From Candidatus Latescibacterota bacterium (GTDB taxonomy: Bacteria; Latescibacterota; UBA2968; UBA8231), in NCBI GenBank assembly GCA_965242865.1, contig CBDETK010000013.1, positions 800,001 through 864,000 of the forward strand: 64,000 nt of DNA, written 5' to 3'. Every line of letters starts with the position of its first letter. Positions within the stretch are counted from its first letter, which is position 1. A model generated the notes under the pieces. That model searched no databases. It saw only the letters and a list, made by a program, of their open reading frames with translations, and was not told the origin of the DNA. A program made the position numbers and the translations under genes. Shown here piece by piece: positions 60,023 to 64,000 of the stretch.

Positions 60023-61915
60023 ATGAAACTCGAGAAAAAGACCCAGCTTTCCATTGCCTACGCCGTTCTCACGCTGCTCCTGCTCCTGAGTCTGCAAAAC
60101 TATTTCGCCAACCCAGTTGAAACGCTTCCGTATAACCAGTTTTTGGCGTTGGTCAAAAGCGGGCAGGTCACGGAGTGTACCTTTAGCGGCGAGTACATCC
60201 ACGGTCGCGCCGGTGTCGATGGCCAAGAGATCAGCTTCCGCACCGCTATTATGGACCATCCCGAGCTCATCGCCTTGCTCGAAGAGCATCAAGTCGAGTT
60301 TACCCGCCGGCCCAGCAACAATTGGTTCACCCAGCTTTTGTCGTGGATTTTGCCCGCGCTGATCTTCGTGGGGATCTGGCTGTTCATCGCCCGGCGCCTG
60401 AGCGGCGGGTCCGGTGGCCTGATGTCCATTGGCAAGAGCAAGGCCAAGGTGTACATGGAGAAGGGCACGGGCATTACCTTCGACGATGTGGCGGGCATTG
60501 ACGAGGCCAAAGAAGAGCTGCTGGAGATCGTCGAGTTTTTGCGTACCCCGGAGCGCTTTCAGGCCCTCGGCGGCCGGATTCCGCGCGGAGTCTTGCTGGT
60601 GGGGTCCCCGGGCACGGGCAAGACCCTGTTGGCCAAGGCCGTGGCCGGCGAGGCGAGCGTGCCCTTTTTCTCGCTCAGCGGCTCGGATTTTGTCGAGATG
60701 TTCGTTGGGGTCGGGGCCGCCCGGGTGCGCGATTTGTTTGAACAGGCCAAAAAACACGCCCCCGCCATCATCTTCATCGACGAGCTCGACGCCTTGGGCA
60801 AGGCCCGGGGGGCCGGCTCTTTTGGCGGCCACGACGAGCGCGAGCAGACGCTCAACCAGCTCCTCACCGAGCTCGATGGCTTTGACACCAACGCCGGGGT
60901 GATCATCATGGCCGCGACCAACCGGCCGGAAATCCTCGACCCGGCCTTGCTGCGCCCCGGCCGCTTCGACCGCACCGTGGCCGTGGACCGGCCCGACGTC
61001 AAGGGGCGCACCGCCATCCTCCAGATTCACGCCAAGGAGGTCAAGCTGGCCCCGGACGTCGATTTGCACAAACTGGCCGTGCGCACGCCGGGTTTTGCCG
61101 GCGCGGACTTGGCCAATGTGGTCAACGAAGCGGCCCTGTTGGCCGCGCGGCGCGATAAAAACTCCATCACCATGGCCGAGTTGGAAGAGGCGGTCGAGCG
61201 GTCGGTGGCCGGGCTGGAGCGCAAAAGCCGGGTGCTCAACGAGAAGGAGCGCCGAATCGTCGCGTACCACGAAGCCGGGCACGCCATCGTCGGCGAGATT
61301 TTGCCCGAAGCCAATCCGGTGCAGAAAATCTCCATTGTATCGCGGGGCATCGCCGCCTTGGGCTACACCCTGAATATGCCGCTGGAAGATCGCTATCTAA
61401 TGACCAAGGAAGAGTTGGAGGATTCCTTGGCGGCGATTTTGGGGGGCCGGGCGGCCGAGGAAATAGTCTTTGGCGAAATATCCACGGGCGCGGCCAACGA
61501 CTTGCAGCAGGCGACGCAAATGGCCGAGCGGATGGTCAAAGAGTTTGGCATGAGCCAGCGCATTGGCTTGGTCGCGCACCGCGCGGACCGCTCGCAACAG
61601 ATGCTGGGCATGATCCCGGCCGATCGCGCGTACAGCGACGAGACGGCCAAGCTCATCGACGAAGAGATCAAGGGCATCATCGGCGCGGGGTACGTGCGGG
61701 CCAAGGCCCTGCTCACCGAGCATCGCCCGGCGCTGGAGGACGTCGTCGAGATCCTCTTTGAAAACGAGGTGATGGACGGCGACCAACTGCGCGACTTGCT
61801 CGCAAAGAATGGGATAGAGCTTCCCCCTAGGCCCCATCAAGAGCAAGAGGCGTCGCCCGCCGCTCCCCAAGCCAACGGCAATGTCCCGCAGTCGGAAGAG
61901 CGCGAAGCCCCCTAG
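60023..61915 (+). CDS. ftsH: ATP-dependent zinc metalloprotease FtsH
   Basis: Two TM helices, [29 protein letters not shown]. Confidence 0.98.
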   Translation: MKLEKKTQLSIAYAVLTLLLLLSLQNYFANPVETLPYNQFLALVKSGQVTECTFSGEYIHGRAGVDGQEISFRTAIMDHPELIALLEEHQVEFTRRPSNNWFTQLLSWILPALIFVGIWLFIARRLSGGSGGLMSIGKSKAKVYMEKGTGITFDDVAGIDEAKEELLEIVEFLRTPERFQALGGRIPRGVLLVGSPGTGKTLLAKAVAGEASVPFFSLSGSDFVEMFVGVGAARVRDLFEQAKKHAPAIIFIDELDALGKARGAGSFGGHDEREQTLNQLLTELDGFDTNAGVIIMAATNRPEILDPALLRPGRFDRTVAVDRPDVKGRTAILQIHAKEVKLAPDVDLHKLAVRTPGFAGADLANVVNEAALLAARRDKNSITMAELEEAVERSVAGLERKSRVLNEKERRIVAYHEAGHAIVGEILPEANPVQKISIVSRGIAALGYTLNMPLEDRYLMTKEELEDSLAAILGGRAAEEIVFGEISTGAANDLQQATQMAERMVKEFGMSQRIGLVAHRADRSQQMLGMIPADRAYSDETAKLIDEEIKGIIGAGYVRAKALLTEHRPALEDVVEILFENEVMDGDQLRDLLAKNGIELPPRPHQEQEASPAAPQANGNVPQSEEREAP

Positions 61916-62021
61916 GCCCGGCTTTTCCCAGCTCCCGCTTCCGCATCCCAATCCTCGCCCCCATTGAATCCGCCTCGTTAGCCGGGGCGGGAATCCAGTC
62001 CTAAATACAGGCAAGAGAGCG

Positions 62022-63260
62022 ATGTTCAGCAGGCTCAGGCGCGTCAAAGGGACCGTGCTCGAACCCTTGGCCAATGGCGATTTTGTGCGCCTGTGGTTGG
62101 CCAATGGCCTGTGGTGGCAGGCCATGTGGATGGAAATGCTGGCGCTGGGCTGGCTGGCTTTGGAGCTGACTAATTCCCCGTGGTGGGTCCAAGTCATCGG
62201 CTTTTACCGAGCGATCCCCCTGCTGATTATGGGGTTGTTCGGCGCGGTGATTACGGACCGCTTTAAGCGGCGCTCCATCGTTTGGACCCTGCAGTTGGTC
62301 AATGTGCTGGGGACGGGGTTGTTGGCGTTGTTGCTCTTTTGCGACCGGCTCGAATTGTGGCATTTGTCGCTGGTGTCGCTGGTGTTGGGCACCTCTTGGG
62401 CGTTGGATTGGCCGACTCGGCGCAGCATGGTGCCCGATCTGGTCGGCAAGGCCCGCACGGTCGATGCCATGGTGCTGGAAAACGTCATTCAGGGGGGGAC
62501 GCGCATTGCTGGCCCCTTAGCGGCGGGCTATGTCACCGCGGCTTATGGCAGCTTGGGTGCCTTATTGGTGTTGGTTGGGCTCGGCACTGTGGCGCTGGTT
62601 TTGTTGGCCGGCCTCAAGACCGATTCCAAGGCGCCCGGTGCGGGTACTTGGGCGGCGGGCTGGGCCGGGCGGCAGGGCTGGGCCAGTATGCGGGCCTCTG
62701 CGCCGATATTCGGGGTCTTTCTCGTCACGATCTTTATGAATGTCTGGGCTTTTCCGTACATGAACTTGCTGCCGGTTTTTGCGCGGGATGTCTTTGGGCG
62801 CGGCCCGGAAGCCATGGGGTGGTTGGGCGCGGCGAGTGGGGGGGGAGCGATTGTGGGCTTGGCCGCGGTCCAACTAAGCCGCAGGAAGCTGAGCAACGAA
62901 TGGCTCTTTGTCGCAGGCTCGTTGCTTTCGTGTGCGGGCGTTGTGGCCTTTGCCGCGAGCGGAACCTTTGGCCTCGCCTTGCTGATGCTGTTTTGCTCTG
63001 GGTTGGGGCAGGCGGGCTTTAGCATTATGCAGAGCAGCATCATCTTGGTGGAATCATCGGACGAGATGCGGAGCCGAGCCATGAGCACCTTGGTCGTGGC
63101 CATTGGCGTCGGCCCTTTTGGCCGCTTGCAGAGTGGGGCGTTGGCCGAGGCTTGGGGAGTGCAGGGGGCGGCGGGCGTTATGGCGGGGTTGGCGGGGTTG
63201 GGGACTGTGGGCGCGGCGGTCTGGGTGCGGGGGTTTTTGGGCAAGAGATCGGTTCATTGA
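62022..63260 (+). CDS. MFS transporter (MFS_3/EntS-like)
   Basis: 12 TM helices, GAVITDRFKRR, DWPTRRSMVPDLVG, DEMRSRAMS. Confidence 0.88.
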   Translation: MFSRLRRVKGTVLEPLANGDFVRLWLANGLWWQAMWMEMLALGWLALELTNSPWWVQVIGFYRAIPLLIMGLFGAVITDRFKRRSIVWTLQLVNVLGTGLLALLLFCDRLELWHLSLVSLVLGTSWALDWPTRRSMVPDLVGKARTVDAMVLENVIQGGTRIAGPLAAGYVTAAYGSLGALLVLVGLGTVALVLLAGLKTDSKAPGAGTWAAGWAGRQGWASMRASAPIFGVFLVTIFMNVWAFPYMNLLPVFARDVFGRGPEAMGWLGAASGGGAIVGLAAVQLSRRKLSNEWLFVAGSLLSCAGVVAFAASGTFGLALLMLFCSGLGQAGFSIMQSSIILVESSDEMRSRAMSTLVVAIGVGPFGRLQSGALAEAWGVQGAAGVMAGLAGLGTVGAAVWVRGFLGKRSVH

Positions 63261-63328
63261 CGCCGCTCTATCGCGTCCTGTATGTTCATAAAACACCCCA
63301 AACCCTCCACGAAAGGAGCGTATTGATT

Positions 63329-63559
63329 ATGGCGACTGTGCCCCCGACGATTGAAGAGCGTTTAGCCCGGCTTGAAGGCGTGTATGACCATCTCGCGTCC
63401 AAAGCCGATCTTGCTGAGTTGAGAGCGGACTTAAAGGATGATATGGCGCGCTTACAGGCCGAGATGGCCGAGCTCAAGGGTAGCGTCAAAATTCTGGTTG
63501 TAGTGATGACTTCGGGTTTAGCTTTACTGAATATCGTTTTGCGCTTTTGGCCCTCGTAA
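63329..63559 (+). CDS. Small coiled-coil protein with C-terminal membrane anchor, array copy 1 (76 aa)
   Basis: GAAAGGAG RBS; MATVPPTIEERLARLEGVYDHLASKADL...VVVMTSGLALLNIVLRFWPS; DUF1640/CCDC90-like LASKADL motif. Confidence 0.8.
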   Translation: MATVPPTIEERLARLEGVYDHLASKADLAELRADLKDDMARLQAEMAELKGSVKILVVVMTSGLALLNIVLRFWPS

Positions 63560-63643
63560 GCCCATGCCTACGTTGAAAGGGTCATTTCACTGCGTCGCTG
63601 GCGATTGCCGCGACACACCTCCCACGAAAGGAGCGTATCGACT

Positions 63644-63853
63644 ATGGCTACCGTGCCCCCGACGATTGAAGCGCGTCTAGCCCGTCTCGAAAGCGTATAT
63701 GACCATCTTGCGTCCAAAGCCGACCTTGCGCGAGTTGAGAGCGACCTTAAAGCCGAACTTGCCGAACTCAAGGGTAGCATCAAAGTTCTGGTTGTAGTGA
63801 TGACTTCGGGTTTAGCTTTACTGAATATCGTTTTGCGCTTTTGGCCCTCGTAA
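63644..63853 (+). CDS. Array copy 2 (69 aa)
   Basis: Same RBS and termini as copy 1; stalk 7 aa shorter. Confidence 0.8.
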   Translation: MATVPPTIEARLARLESVYDHLASKADLARVESDLKAELAELKGSIKVLVVVMTSGLALLNIVLRFWPS

Positions 63854-63937
63854 GCCCATGCCTACGTTGAAAGGGTCATTCCACTGCGTCGCTGGCGATT
63901 GCCGCGACACACCTCCCACGAAAGGAGCGTATCGATT

Positions 63938-64000
63938 ATGGCGACTGTGCCCCCAACGATTGAAGCGCGTCTAGCCCGTCTTGAAGGCGTATATGACCAT
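63938..64000 (+). CDS. Array copy 3, truncated by the window edge
   Basis: Same RBS; MATVPPTIEARLARLEGVYDH... Confidence 0.78.
   Translation, partial: MATVPPTIEARLARLEGVYDH

Larger units (their letters stand above)
63304..64000 (+). repeat. Long direct-repeat array (units of 315 and 294 bp), one gene per unit
   Basis: ATG starts at 63329, 63644 and 63938; the 84-bp intergenic spacers 63560-63643 and 63854-63937 differ at only 2 positions. Confidence 0.92.

Noticed and set aside
63304-64000. Array as CRISPR or integron cassettes (GTTGAAAG word, bulged hairpin)
   Set aside because: The variable parts are homologous coding segments, not unrelated spacers; there is no clear RYYYAAC...GTTRRRY pair and no cas or intI gene in the window.

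Overview
GC-rich bacterial chromosomal segment. The Bacteroidetes-type short sigma-70, the Wzi-like protein and the LRR/YWTD lipoprotein suggest an FCB-group organism (Gemmatimonadota/Latescibacterota-like, possibly host-associated); this is inference. It holds about 50 mostly housekeeping genes (ftsA-like, ssb, eno, nth, sodA, folE, rny, dxr, queD, msrAB, korAB, hemE, ftsH) and one tRNA-Asn(GTT). No prophage, IS transposase or CRISPR array is supported. Notable features: (1) a sigma-54 phage-shock locus in which pspA is followed by a membrane-anchored winged-helix protein, a PspB-like peptide, a soluble TPR histidine kinase and a PspF-like activator fused to a receiver domain, apparently a Psp system rewired to two-component control; (2) a tandem array of at least 3 small coiled-coil/membrane-anchor genes at the right edge, with a nearly invariant block alternating with a diversified stalk; (3) several intact ORFs that lack canonical catalytic residues (UvrA-like, IscU-like, pseudo-receiver, 4-hydroxybutyryl-CoA dehydratase-like, GH-like); (4) an LRR+YWTD repeat lipoprotein gene flanked by REP-like palindromes, a C17 tract and a perfect 20-bp palindrome. 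All calls come from motif reading by eye; no searches were run.
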